NCBI GenBank assembly: GCA_965248445.1
Contig: CBDFJG010000003.1
Coordinates: forward strand, 896,001 to 960,000
Source of the DNA: Planctomycetota bacterium
GTDB taxonomy: Bacteria > Planctomycetota > JAJSAM01 > JAJVHW01
DNA: 64,000 nucleotides
Direction: 5' to 3'
Positions 9,477 through 18,945 of the stretch are shown here, in pieces (the stretch's first letter is position 1; each line of letters begins with the position of its first letter). The position numbers and the translations under genes were made by a program. The notes below the pieces were generated by a model that saw only the letters and a list, made by a program, of their open reading frames with translations, ran no database searches and was not told the origin of the DNA.

Positions 9477-9773
9477 TCAGGTGGGGTCCGGGACCGGGGT
9501 CTGCTGCGATCCGACCACCTGAACACCGCTGACCACGACCCCATCTGCCTCGACGCGGGACGCGCCGTCCAGACTCGCGACGCCGTTTGGGTCGCCGGTC
9601 GGCAGCCAGCCTACCGAGAGCTTCCCGGTCGGCTCCGCCCTGACGATCAACGACCCACCGGGCGCGTCACTCGCACTCGCGGGGTCCTGGATCACCAGGG
9701 CGCTGCCATCGAGTGTGGCCAGCCCATCGGGCACGCCCGCATCGTCCTCCGTCCAGACGAGCTTCCAGGCCAT
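9477..9773 (-). pseudogene. Truncated phage tail-associated protein
   Basis: Begins MAWKLVWTEDD and stops abruptly at VVGSQQTPVPDPT. An orphan C-terminal frame (LSELLIDHADP..HTRA*) follows. Confidence 0.5.
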
Positions 9774-9776
9774 CGG

Positions 9777-10061
9777 CTACTCCAGCGCCATCTGGCGCAG
9801 GCGCGGAGCGAGCGCCTGGTGCCGGAGGAGCTCCAGGGCCATGAGCACCGTCTCGGGACTCGCGGCGTGGGTGTTGATGACCTCGGCGAGGTCGTCGTGG
9901 AGTCGCTGCGTCTTGGCCTTCTGCGGGAGCTGCGGGCGCGCCGCGTTCGCTTCGGGGACGGGCGACCCGGGGGGCTCGAAGACGGCTGGCTGCCGCGTAC
10001 GTGCTGCCGTCTCGCGAGCGGCTCGTGCTTGTGCTCGCGCCAGGAACTCCGCGTCCGCCAC
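9777..10061 (-). CDS. Hypothetical phage protein (94 aa)
   Basis: GTG start 2 nt after the upstream stop; fills the gap between neighbouring genes. Confidence 0.55.
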   Translation of the reverse strand: MADAEFLARAQARAARETAARTRQPAVFEPPGSPVPEANAARPQLPQKAKTQRLHDDLAEVINTHAASPETVLMALELLRHQALAPRLRQMALE

Positions 10062-10063
10062 GA

Positions 10064-11032
10064 TCAGTACCAGACCATGGGCCGCGAGAGAGTCGTGTCG
10101 AAGATGATGCGACCCACTGCGGCAGAGCCCGGGTGACCGCCGGTCGTGTAGCCCTTCGGGCGGAGCGCGACGATCTCGTTGTCGTTGAAGTCCCACGCGG
10201 TGCCACCCGCAGCCGCGGCCGGGATGCGCGTGTCGGACAGCCGCCCGTCGTTGCCCGCGCAGGCCTGCTGCGAGCCGGTGCCGAGTGTCCGCATGGACGG
10301 GGTGCCGACGGCACCGTCCTTGTTTGCAGCCGCCACGAGGGCGTCCGTGATCCCGAGGGCCTTCACGCGCAGCGTGTCGGCGTTGATCTCCAGCGTCGAG
10401 CCATCCACGTTGACGTCGAGCGTGTTGCCGGCCTTCGTGAGTCCGGCGCCCGCCTCGATGTCCCCGGCGCTCGCGAACTGCGCCCACGTGAGCGCCGTCG
10501 TGCCGACGACGATGGGTGCGTCCGTCGTCAGTACCCAGAGCGTGTCGGCGTTGGCAGTGCCCTCCTGCACGAACACCGACGCACCGAGCAGGTCGGCCTC
10601 GCTGTTCGCGTCGTCCGCGCGGCTCCATGCCCCGGCCGCGGCGACGTAGATGCCGTTCTCCGCGGGCGCTGTCTGGTCCTTCACGACGACGCGGTCGCCG
10701 GCGACGACAGCCACGCCGTCGATGGACTGCGCGCCCGAGAGCGTGATGTCGCCGGTGGTGGTGGCGCGGGCGGAGTCCTTCGGCGCGAGGCCCTGGGCCA
10801 CAGAGTCCACGTACGCCTTCGTGGCCGCGTGCTGCGCTGCGGACGGGTCGGAGAGGCTCGTCGCCTTGAACCCGCCGAAGTCGAGGTCGCGGGTGAGGGG
10901 ACCGAGTTCGGGAGCGGCGTCGCTCCGCATCGCGGTGGTTGCCGCGCCTGAGACCGCGGTGCCGCCGATGACGGCGGACGGTGCCGCGAACCCAGCGAAA
11001 TCGTCCTCAGTGATCAGCTTCTTCCAGGCCAT
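10064..11032 (-). CDS. Phage tail-fibre/decoration-like protein
   Basis: AATKAYVD..LSGAQSIDGV..GDRVVVKDQT..ENGIY..AWSRADD..VFVQEGT motif common in phage fibre proteins; GGAGG SD. Confidence 0.8.
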   Translation of the reverse strand: MAWKKLITEDDFAGFAAPSAVIGGTAVSGAATTAMRSDAAPELGPLTRDLDFGGFKATSLSDPSAAQHAATKAYVDSVAQGLAPKDSARATTTGDITLSGAQSIDGVAVVAGDRVVVKDQTAPAENGIYVAAAGAWSRADDANSEADLLGASVFVQEGTANADTLWVLTTDAPIVVGTTALTWAQFASAGDIEAGAGLTKAGNTLDVNVDGSTLEINADTLRVKALGITDALVAAANKDGAVGTPSMRTLGTGSQQACAGNDGRLSDTRIPAAAAGGTAWDFNDNEIVALRPKGYTTGGHPGSAAVGRIIFDTTLSRPMVWY

Positions 11033-11152
11033 GCGGCGCCTCCGGGTTCAGTCACCGAAACTCGTCGGCTGCGGAGGCTCGGGCAAGGGCTTCGCCGTTC
11101 CGGTCCAGCCAAGCCCGGCGTACGATCGGCTGCAAGCGAGGAGGGCGGGTCA

Positions 11153-11626
11153 ATGACGCACTGGCGAATGCAACTCCATCCTGGGCGGTCGAAGCTCTCG
11201 GCCACGCACGCCCACGAGAGCCTGGCAGCCGGGTTCATCGGGCTGGACTTCCGTGGTAACCCAGGCGACCTCATGCGGGTGAAGAAGGCCAAACTCCCAG
11301 AGCGGCAACGGCACTACTGGGCGTTCGCTCGCGCGATGGAGGTCGGCGATCGCGTCTTGGTGATGGCGCACCACTTCCCGCTCGCGCTTGCCACGGTCGA
11401 TGGCGACTACAATTACATCCGCCGACCGGAGCCTGAAATCGGAGTCTGGTTCCGTCACTTCCGGCGCGTTGCCGACGTCCGGTACTACGCCGACTGGGTG
11501 ACGAACGCGGCGCAGTGGGAGCGGATCACGATGACTGAGACCATCTCGCCGCTTCGAGACGAGACTACGGCCTCGTATCAACTGATCGAGGCCTGGTCGA
11601 CCGCGACGGACGAGGCCGAGGACTGA
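11153..11626 (+). CDS. Moron-like hypothetical protein, possible PUA/EVE-like fold
   Basis: Opposite strand to the phage genes, with own TACGAT and GAGGAGG signals; W..GFIGL..F..MEVGDRVLV..GDY pattern. Confidence 0.7.
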   Translation: MTHWRMQLHPGRSKLSATHAHESLAAGFIGLDFRGNPGDLMRVKKAKLPERQRHYWAFARAMEVGDRVLVMAHHFPLALATVDGDYNYIRRPEPEIGVWFRHFRRVADVRYYADWVTNAAQWERITMTETISPLRDETTASYQLIEAWSTATDEAED

Positions 11627-11635
11627 GCGTCGACC

Positions 11636-13054
11636 TCACGTCCCCATCGCCTGCCAGTGGATCGTCGGTGCGAAGGTCGCCGGATCCTCCGCGAAGACTG
11701 CCGCGCCGGGCTGCAGCGTCACCTGCGTGCGCGTGACGGCCACGATCTCGACGCTCCCCGGGTAGCCGAGCAGGTGGGCCGTGACCTTCGGGGCGTTCTG
11801 GAAGGGCTCCGGGAACACCACCACGATCGGATCGTCGGGGCCGACCACCACGTCGCCCTCGAGCTTGCGGTTGAACTTGCGTCGGATGATCACGAGCCGT
11901 GGGATGCGCACGTACCGCAGGCCGTCGCCTCGAACGGTGACCCGCAGCCGACAACGCCAGTACGTGTAGGTCCCGGCGACATGCGGACGGTAACCGTCCC
12001 AGGGCCCCGCGGGCGTCGGGCTCGTGTCGATCTCAACCTCAACGTCCGGCGGGACCAGCGGCGTGAGTCGCCACGAGTTCTTGGACGCGAAACCCGGTGT
12101 GCCGAGCGGGAGGAGAGTGCCGTCCCTCTTCCTACTCGCGCCGAGTGCCGGACGGCGCACGGCGCCGAACGGGAGTGCGCCGTCCACCGGTTGCTCGACG
12201 CCAAGGTCCACCTCGACCCGCTGGTGCTCGACCTGACCCGCGTCGAAGGGCAGCGTCTCGTAGGAGCCCCCGGGCCAGTACGTCGCGAAGCAGGGCACGC
12301 TCTTGAACCAACCGAAGGGTGACGCCGCCGCCCCAAAGTGCTCCGGCAAGCGTTCGAGCCGCAGTGCGCCTGCGTCCACTTCGACGTGGGTCTTGGGACC
12401 CGTCCAGCCCTGGGCCGCCTCATCGGACGTGTCCTCGGTGACGTGGTCATCGAGAGGCTCGATCGTGATGCTAACCGACGCGGCTGTGCGCGAGGTGCGT
12501 CCGTTCCGGTCCACGGCCTTCAGGTGGAGCGTCTGCGAGCCGGAGGAGGACCAGGCCCACGAGTACGGCGAGCCGCTCAGATCCGCGGCGACGCGCGTCC
12601 CGTCCTCCCACGTGGCCCCGACGCGGATCTCATGGGTCGCCGCCACGCCATCTGCAGGCGCGGACCAACGGAAGTTGAGGTTCGCCCCGTCCTGTGAGAC
12701 GGCGAAGCCAGAGGGGGTCCCTGGGAGTTCCGGTGTGCCCTCGTCCGCCATCGGCGCGACCCGAACGGTCTCCCACTCGTCCTCTTCGACGAGGCCGCCG
12801 TCGTCGAGGACCGCTGCGGCGGCGAAGGAGTAGGCACGCTCCGGGTGCAGTCCCTCGGCTGTGAACTCCGTTCCCTGCGTGCGACCAACCTCCGTCCAAC
12901 CCGTGCTCCCCTGCTCGCGCTTGAGCAACGCGGTGGTGCCCGACTCTGCGCGAGACCACGAGAGAACGACGTCGACGTACCGGAGGGTGTCAGCGGCCAC
13001 GTGACCGAGGATCCCCCCGCGCGGAGCCTCCCTCCACGCACGCTCACCTGACAC
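11636..13054 (-). CDS. Phage tail protein with FN3-like domains
   Basis: VVLSWS..FTAEGL.PERAYSF and LNFRWS..HEIRVGATW..KAVDRNG repeats; overlaps the tail-tip gene end. Confidence 0.7.
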   Translation of the reverse strand: MSGERAWREAPRGGILGHVAADTLRYVDVVLSWSRAESGTTALLKREQGSTGWTEVGRTQGTEFTAEGLHPERAYSFAAAAVLDDGGLVEEDEWETVRVAPMADEGTPELPGTPSGFAVSQDGANLNFRWSAPADGVAATHEIRVGATWEDGTRVAADLSGSPYSWAWSSSGSQTLHLKAVDRNGRTSRTAASVSITIEPLDDHVTEDTSDEAAQGWTGPKTHVEVDAGALRLERLPEHFGAAASPFGWFKSVPCFATYWPGGSYETLPFDAGQVEHQRVEVDLGVEQPVDGALPFGAVRRPALGASRKRDGTLLPLGTPGFASKNSWRLTPLVPPDVEVEIDTSPTPAGPWDGYRPHVAGTYTYWRCRLRVTVRGDGLRYVRIPRLVIIRRKFNRKLEGDVVVGPDDPIVVVFPEPFQNAPKVTAHLLGYPGSVEIVAVTRTQVTLQPGAAVFAEDPATFAPTIHWQAMGT

Positions 13055-15287
13055 GCGCGCGCAGGTTCGTCACGCGGCGTGGCCGACGTCCTCGACGTCT
13101 CATCCTGCGTCCCCGCGCCGGCGCCGCGGTGGCCTGCGCGCTCACCGGCACGGTCACCGCCTGGAGCGTGTACGCCGTGGACTTCATCACGCGCCCGGCG
13201 TAGCGGACGACGATCTTGCCGTCCTCGTCGCGGCTGACGATCCCGGCCAGGACGCGAACCTTCAGTTCCATCGCATTGGAGCCTGTCGAGTAGGGCACGC
13301 GCGTCTTCACAGTGACGATGTCAGCGGCCTCGATGTGCTGCACGCCGGGGTGCGCTTCCCACGAGCACGGGAACGGGAGCTCGCGCGCCTGCACGGCCAG
13401 ATGACGCAGCATCCGCGCGGCCTCGGTCTCGCGCGTGGCGCCGCGCAGGTTCACCTCGCGGATGTTCGTGGGCGTTCCCTCGGGGAGCCCGTCCACCGGG
13501 TAGAGCAGCTCGTCGCACTCGTGCCGGATCGTCTCGTTCCAGAAGGAGCCCTGGATGCCCGACGGCGACTTGCCCCACTCGTCGAGCTTCAGCACGAACT
13601 TCGACATGTTCTGGCCCTGCGGGTCCACGTCGTCCACGAACGTGAAGACCGCCTCGCCGTCCTGGTCGAGCGGGAAGCGCCAGCGCGCGCCCTGGAGCGT
13701 GGCGAAGCAGTAGCCGAGGAAGGCGATGTCGCCGACCGTCTCCATGAGGCTCTGCGGGGTGTCGAAGACGACGTTCAGGCGGCAGCGGCGCTCGCCGTTG
13801 GTGGCGCTCGCGGGCCGCGTTGCGTCATCGCCGGGTCGGTGAACCCAAGCGTCGCAGAAGTCCGCGAAGGCGATCAGGCCGTTGCGCTCCGCGGGCGAGC
13901 CGTTGGCACCAAGGAAGAGGTCCTGGCCGGTGAAGAAGAAGCCCGCCCCGTAGCGTTCGGTCGCCGCTCCTTCGGCTGACGTCACCAGATCGCGGATCGC
14001 CAGCGCGGCGTTCTGGCTGGAGCCGAGGTCCCGCGCCCCGCCCTGAGCATCCGTGCGCGGGTCGTAGAGCTTCGCCCGCCGCGCGATGCAGGTGACGCGC
14101 AGGCTGCCACCCGAGAGGAACGCGCCCGGGCTTCCGCGCAGGCCGAGGAGCGCCGTCCCCGGGTAGCAGAAACCCTCGTGGAGGACTTCGGTCACGTAGC
14201 TGAAGTTGAGCTCGTCCACGACGAGCGGGTCCGTCGGGTGCGCCGTGAGCCGCGTGACGCGGACCTCGTAGGCGTCGCGGTCGAACTCCTCCAGCGCCGT
14301 CGTCGCTCCGCTCTCGCCCTCGATCGCGCGCTGGGTCAGCTCGTCCTTGACGTCGATCTCCCAGCGCATCGTGCCGGGTCGCTCGCCGAGCAGCAGGAAG
14401 CTGTTCCCGCCGGCGGACCGCAGCCGGTTCCAGGAGGAGGCGCCGAGCGTGCGGTACTCGACGCGCAGCTGCACCTGGACGGCGCGGGTGCCGCCATCCT
14501 CCTTGTAGTGGATCATCCCCTGCGGCGCGGTGATGCCGATCCGCAGGTTGTCCGCCTCGCGGCCCACGGTCGAGTAGCTGATCGGGTTGGAGCGCTTCAG
14601 CAGACTGTCGTTCGGGTTGCGCGACTGCTCGATGTCCGTGAAGCCGTCGATCGGCTGCTGGTCGAGCGTTCCCGGGCGCCACACGATCCGAAGACGCCGG
14701 AAGGCCGCCGTCCAGTAGGTCGCGGTGACCCTCTTCCCGCTCGCGGGCGCCCGGCCGAAGATCACCTTGGTGACGCCCTTGACGTTCTGCGTGAACGCAA
14801 CGCCCTCGGCGCCCAGGTACTCGTAGGCGACGCGTACCGTGAACCCCCGCGGCGGCCGGCGCTTGAAGCGGATCTTCATCCGGTGCCGCGCGAGCTTCTG
14901 CGCGCTCCACCGGTAGACGCCCACGCCGCGGAGCTGCTCGAACTCGGGCACGCCCGGCCCCCGGATGAACACGCGCAGGGACCGTCCGAGCACGCGATCG
15001 GTCCGGTCATCGCGACGCAGGTTGAAGGTGAGCTTGGGGCGCGGAAGCGGTTTGAGCGTGATCGGGTCGTACGTGACGCGCGGCGGCGCCGGGACCGTGA
15101 ACTCCGCGCTCGCCGTCTGCGTCATCCACGCCTTCTTGACCCCGTCCACGAAGAGCTCGACGCCGGGCATCTCGTCGTCGCCGAGCACCACCTTGCGGTG
15201 TGGGAAGGTGAACGTGCGCCTCTTGTTGTTACCCCGCCCGAGTTCCTCCTCGTAGAGCTTGGACAGGATCTCACGGTCGTTGATGCG
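13044..15287 (-). pseudogene. Phage tail-tip (TipJ/host-specificity J-like) protein, C-terminal 747 aa, cut off from its N-terminus by an inversion
   Basis: YEVRVTRLT, YPGTALLGLR, N.ALAIRD, ADFCD and RCRLNVVFD motifs typical of TipJ-like proteins. Confidence 0.8.
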
Positions 15288-15342
15288 GATCGGGGGGTTC
15301 CCGACCTCCGCCGACGCGCGCGCGCTCCGAGTGGAGTGACCG

Positions 15343-15729
15343 ATGGCGAGCAAGACACTCGGCTACGTCCTCGGCGCGGTGCAGGTCATCGCCGGCATCC
15401 TGCTGATCGCCACGCCCTTCGGCGTGCCGCTCATCGTCTCGGGCGCAGCGACGATCGCCGGCACCGCGCTGACTCCCACGCCGCCGCGGCAGAAGCAGCT
15501 CCGGGACTCGCCCACCTACGGGATCGACCGCTTCGACAACCCGCGCGGCCCCGAGGCGCACGTCCCGATCCTCTACGGCGCGCACACGGTCAAGCCCGTC
15601 GTCATCGCCGAGTCGGTCACCGAGGCGATCCAGGGGGTCTCACCCGGTGACATCCGCAACACCCGCCGCCAGGAGTTCCGCTGGCTCGGCATCGTCGCCG
15701 AGGGCGAGATCGCGGACATCACCAAGATC
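15343..15729 (+). pseudogene. Inverted N-terminal 129 codons of the same tail-tip protein
   Basis: Hydrophobic N-terminus, SPTYG, VPILYG, AEGEI. Joins in frame to RINDRE.. when 15288-15729 is flipped. Confidence 0.8.
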
Positions 15730-15885
15730 TGCACGACCAGGTCGGTCTTCGCGGCACCCTGCGGCAGCGCCCCGGCCGGGAGCTGCGAGACAATCGTCAC
15801 AGTCCGGGACGTCAAGAGGTTGGCGTTCACGACGCGCAGAAAGACCCGGCCCGTGTTCGGGAACGCGTCGCCCCCCGCCGCCCCT
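15730..15885 (-). pseudogene. Fragment of a small phage structural protein
   Basis: GGDAFPNTGRVFLRVVN..TVTIVSQ..DLVVQI with no clear start. Confidence 0.45.
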
Positions 15886-16430
15886 CACGCCGCGTCACAG
15901 GCCGAGGGAGACCTCGCGCGGCCGAGCCGTGACAGCGCACCGCAGGTGACCGTCGAGTCCGCTCCGTCGCTCCGCCCCGCGCGGACCGCGAGTCCCACGA
16001 CTTCCGTGACGCATGAGCAGCGCGAGAGCGAAGCCCGCCGTCGCGGTCAAGGCCTTCGCGAGGTCCTGGACAACATCCAGGGCGAACCCGTCTACGTCGA
16101 AGGCGTGGACGGCCCGCGCCGCAAGTAGTGGCGCGCGGCTAGCCGCGCGCGGCTATCAGAGCGCGGCTAGCCAGGGAGAGTTTGCACTCGTTGCGTGGAC
16201 GCGCAGGGCGCGGCGGTTGCGCAGCAAGCGGCGTGACCGAAGTCCTCAGTAGCGGTCGGAGACCGCGCTCCTGCTGCTGGAGCAATTGTTCATTTCTCCA
16301 CCCCGCTCGTCCGCTGACACGCGGACTTGCGTCGCAGGCGTTCGTCCGCGTCCCTCGGCGGGACGCCTCCTCACAGAGGGAGACACGCTGTCGGAGTTGG
16401 GCGCGAGGATCGCTCAGCGATCCTCGTGAC

Positions 16431-17162
16431 CTACTCCGACAGCTCGCCGCGGAGGTAGCGAAGGTCCCGAACGAACTGCTGGATCGCGCGCCGCTCGACA
16501 TCGGAGAGGCCGGTGAAGCGACTCTGCACCGTGACGCGATTGCCGGCCGTCACGGCGGTGCTCACGACCTGCGCATCCGCGTGGAACGTGTGCGACTCGT
16601 GATAGAGAGGCAGCCGGAACTCCACGCGCAGCATGGCGCCCTCGCAGAACATCGTCTCCACGTCGAGAGCGTCGAGGTTCTCCCAGACGAACTGCACGCC
16701 GTGTTCGCCGATCGACTTCATCAGGCCGACGCGCGGGTCGGTGCCGGCCGCTTCGATCTGATCCTGCCCCGCGAACACGAACGCAACCTGCTGGTCACCC
16801 TCGACACCGACGCCCTCGGCGCCCACCGAGTGCAGGTACGACTTCGCCTCTTCCTGTTCCTTGAAGCAGCGGATCTTGCGGTCGAGACCCAGCGTCTTGA
16901 AGACGCCCGACGCGAACGTCGGAAGCTCGGCCACGGCGAGGTCTCCGCCGTACTGCTGCAACCGCTTCTGTGCACGGATCAGGGACCCGAGCGCGGTCGA
17001 GTTGATGAACTTCATCTGCGACGTGTCCACCAGCACTTTGAACTGCTGGTTGTCCACCGCACCCTCGATGTGGGCGTGAAACGTGTCGACATCCGTCGTG
17101 TCGAAATTGCCCACCAGGTGGAGCACGTGGATGCCGTCGTCGGTTGCACTGAGGATTTCCAT
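16431..17162 (-). CDS. STAS anti-sigma factor antagonist with C-terminal PilZ-like domain
   Basis: D..MKFINSTALGSL phospho-Ser motif; C-terminal beta region ending RFTGLSDVERRAIQQFV. Confidence 0.8.
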   Translation of the reverse strand: MEILSATDDGIHVLHLVGNFDTTDVDTFHAHIEGAVDNQQFKVLVDTSQMKFINSTALGSLIRAQKRLQQYGGDLAVAELPTFASGVFKTLGLDRKIRCFKEQEEAKSYLHSVGAEGVGVEGDQQVAFVFAGQDQIEAAGTDPRVGLMKSIGEHGVQFVWENLDALDVETMFCEGAMLRVEFRLPLYHESHTFHADAQVVSTAVTAGNRVTVQSRFTGLSDVERRAIQQFVRDLRYLRGELSE

Positions 17163-17174
17163 CTCGTCTTCCCG

Positions 17175-18509
17175 TCAGGTCGCCTTGGCGAGCACCAGGG
17201 TCAGATCGTCCTGCCGCTCGTCCGTGCCGATGTGATCCTGCGCCGCGCGGTGCAGGAGGTCCACGATCTCGCGCGCCGGTGCGTCGCGATGCTCGCGGAT
17301 CATGTCTTTCGCCCGGTCCATGCCGAACTGCTCGCCGTCAGCGTTCGTCGCTTCGACGATGCCGTCTGTGTAGAGGAACAGGATGTCGCCCGCAGGCAAG
17401 GGAATCGGACCGGTCGCCTCGAACTCGGCGTCGTCGATGACGGCGAGAGCGATTCCGCCCTCCGCGAGCTCCTCGAATCGATCCTCCGCACGCCTGTAGA
17501 TCAGCGGCTCGTTGTGTCCGGCGCGCACGTACATGATCGTGCGCTCGGCAAGGTCGATCTCGCCGTAGAACAGCGTCATGAAGCGTCCCGTCTCGACGTC
17601 GTTCGACAGGAACTTGTTGAGGCGGGTGACAATCTCGGCCGGACTCACGTCCCCCGACGCGAACGCGCGCAGGAGCGCGCGAGCCGTCGACATGAGGAGC
17701 GCGGCGCCGATACCGTGGCCGGACACGTCGCCCACGACGAGCGCCAGACTCCCCGGACCACGGCGCACGTAGTCGAAGTAGTCTCCGCTTGTCTCCTCGC
17801 ACGCGATCGAGAGCCCGTAGATGTCGAACTCCGGGAGGCGCACGCCGCCGCGCGGCAGGAGGCTCTGCTGGATCTCCCGCGCGACGTCGAGGCCTTCCTG
17901 GATCCGCTGCTTCTCGACGTAGTGCTCGAGCAGACGGCTGTTGTCGACCGCCACGGCTACCTGGCTGGCGAGAGCCTTGAAGAGCGTGAGGTCGCGGTCG
18001 GTGAACTCTCGCGACGACGCCTTGCTGTCCACGTAGAGCAGACCGGTCATCTTGTCCTTCACGAGCAGCGGCACGCACATGACCGTCAACAGCTTGAGAT
18101 CGAGGATCGACTGTCCGAGCGAGATCTCCTCCTGATTGGCCGTGTCGATCAGGCAGATGCCGCGCCCCTCGCGCGCAACCCGCATCGCGACCGAGTGGCT
18201 GTACTGAACGTCCTGCCCGAGGTCGATGCCGCGCTCGTCCACCGCCAACTCGATGCGAAGCACGTTCTGCTCGTCGTAGAGCATGATGATCGCGCGCTCG
18301 GCGCCGGTCACCTTGATGCTCTTGGTCACGACGTTCTGCATGACCTCCCGCAGATCGACACTGGAGTTCACCTCGGCGAGGGTCTCCAGGAGCATCGACA
18401 CGCGGCGGCGGTCCACGTCGAGCTCGCCCGTGAGGAAGTCGGAGTAGTCCTCCGTTTCGCGACGCACCTCCTCGGGCAGAAAGACTCCGGTGTCCCGCTC
18501 GGCCTTCAC
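17175..18509 (-). CDS. GAF domain plus SpoIIE/PP2C phosphatase (RsbU-like)
   Basis: AREIQQSLLP, SGDYFD, GDVSGHG, AGH, YTDG and DDLT motifs; GAF with LYVD..FT..DL. Confidence 0.92.
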   Translation of the reverse strand: MKAERDTGVFLPEEVRRETEDYSDFLTGELDVDRRRVSMLLETLAEVNSSVDLREVMQNVVTKSIKVTGAERAIIMLYDEQNVLRIELAVDERGIDLGQDVQYSHSVAMRVAREGRGICLIDTANQEEISLGQSILDLKLLTVMCVPLLVKDKMTGLLYVDSKASSREFTDRDLTLFKALASQVAVAVDNSRLLEHYVEKQRIQEGLDVAREIQQSLLPRGGVRLPEFDIYGLSIACEETSGDYFDYVRRGPGSLALVVGDVSGHGIGAALLMSTARALLRAFASGDVSPAEIVTRLNKFLSNDVETGRFMTLFYGEIDLAERTIMYVRAGHNEPLIYRRAEDRFEELAEGGIALAVIDDAEFEATGPIPLPAGDILFLYTDGIVEATNADGEQFGMDRAKDMIREHRDAPAREIVDLLHRAAQDHIGTDERQDDLTLVLAKAT

Positions 18510-18510
18510 G

Positions 18511-18945
18511 TCACGCTCCCTCACCACTGCGGAAACTGCGTCGCGCCCGCCGCACGCGGATCTCCGTACCACCCTCGATCGGTTGCACGTCGATCTCGTC
18601 CATGAACTCGCGCACGAGCAAAAGCCCCACGCCCCGCCCCGTCTCGGCGAAGTTGGTCTCCTTCTTGTCGAACAGGAGGCGCAACGCCGGGTCGTAGCTG
18701 CCCGGGTCCTGAACGCGCAGTTCGACCGCGCGGTCCGAGATCGAGTACTGCAGCACGATCTGGTCGGCGTGCTCGTCGCAGCCGTGCTCGATCGCGTTGT
18801 TGAGGAGCTCCGTGAACACGAGCTTCCAGAGGTCGAGTTCCTCGCCGTCCACGCCTTCGGCCAGGCACGCCGACTCAAAGCCCTCGCGCACCACGGGCAC
18901 GCCGCTCAGATCACTCGGCAGTTGGATGGTGTGACTCTGCTCCAT
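18511..18945 (-). CDS. RsbW-like anti-sigma factor / HATPase domain, in frame with the upstream kinase ORF
   Basis: ELLNNAIEHG, VQDPG and GRGVGLLLVREFMD; internal ATG (MEQSH) at 18945. Confidence 0.85.
   Translation of the reverse strand: MEQSHTIQLPSDLSGVPVVREGFESACLAEGVDGEELDLWKLVFTELLNNAIEHGCDEHADQIVLQYSISDRAVELRVQDPGSYDPALRLLFDKKETNFAETGRGVGLLLVREFMDEIDVQPIEGGTEIRVRRARRSFRSGEGA

Larger units (their letters stand above)
7700..15890 (-). mobile_element. Degraded prophage remnant (tail tip, tail fibre, HNH, lysis-like genes); no integrase, terminase or capsid gene seen
   Basis: Co-oriented, tightly packed phage-type ORFs with internal junctions at about 9480, 15288, 15729 and 15890. Confidence 0.8.

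Noticed and set aside
7700..15890. Diversity-generating retroelement or invertase shufflon in the tail region
   Set aside because: No reverse transcriptase, no TR/VR pair, no recombinase gene and no long inverted crossover sites found.
15343..16128. 261-aa ORF as one gene
   Set aside because: Chimeric: only the first 129 codons are tail-tip sequence; the rest crosses the inversion junction and a second junction.
16182..18605. 807-aa + strand ORF and similar long ORFs (4534-6891, 31276-33216, 36856-39078, 41963-44383, 55789-58110)
   Set aside because: Antisense shadows of well-supported minus-strand genes, expected in high-GC DNA; no recognisable motifs.
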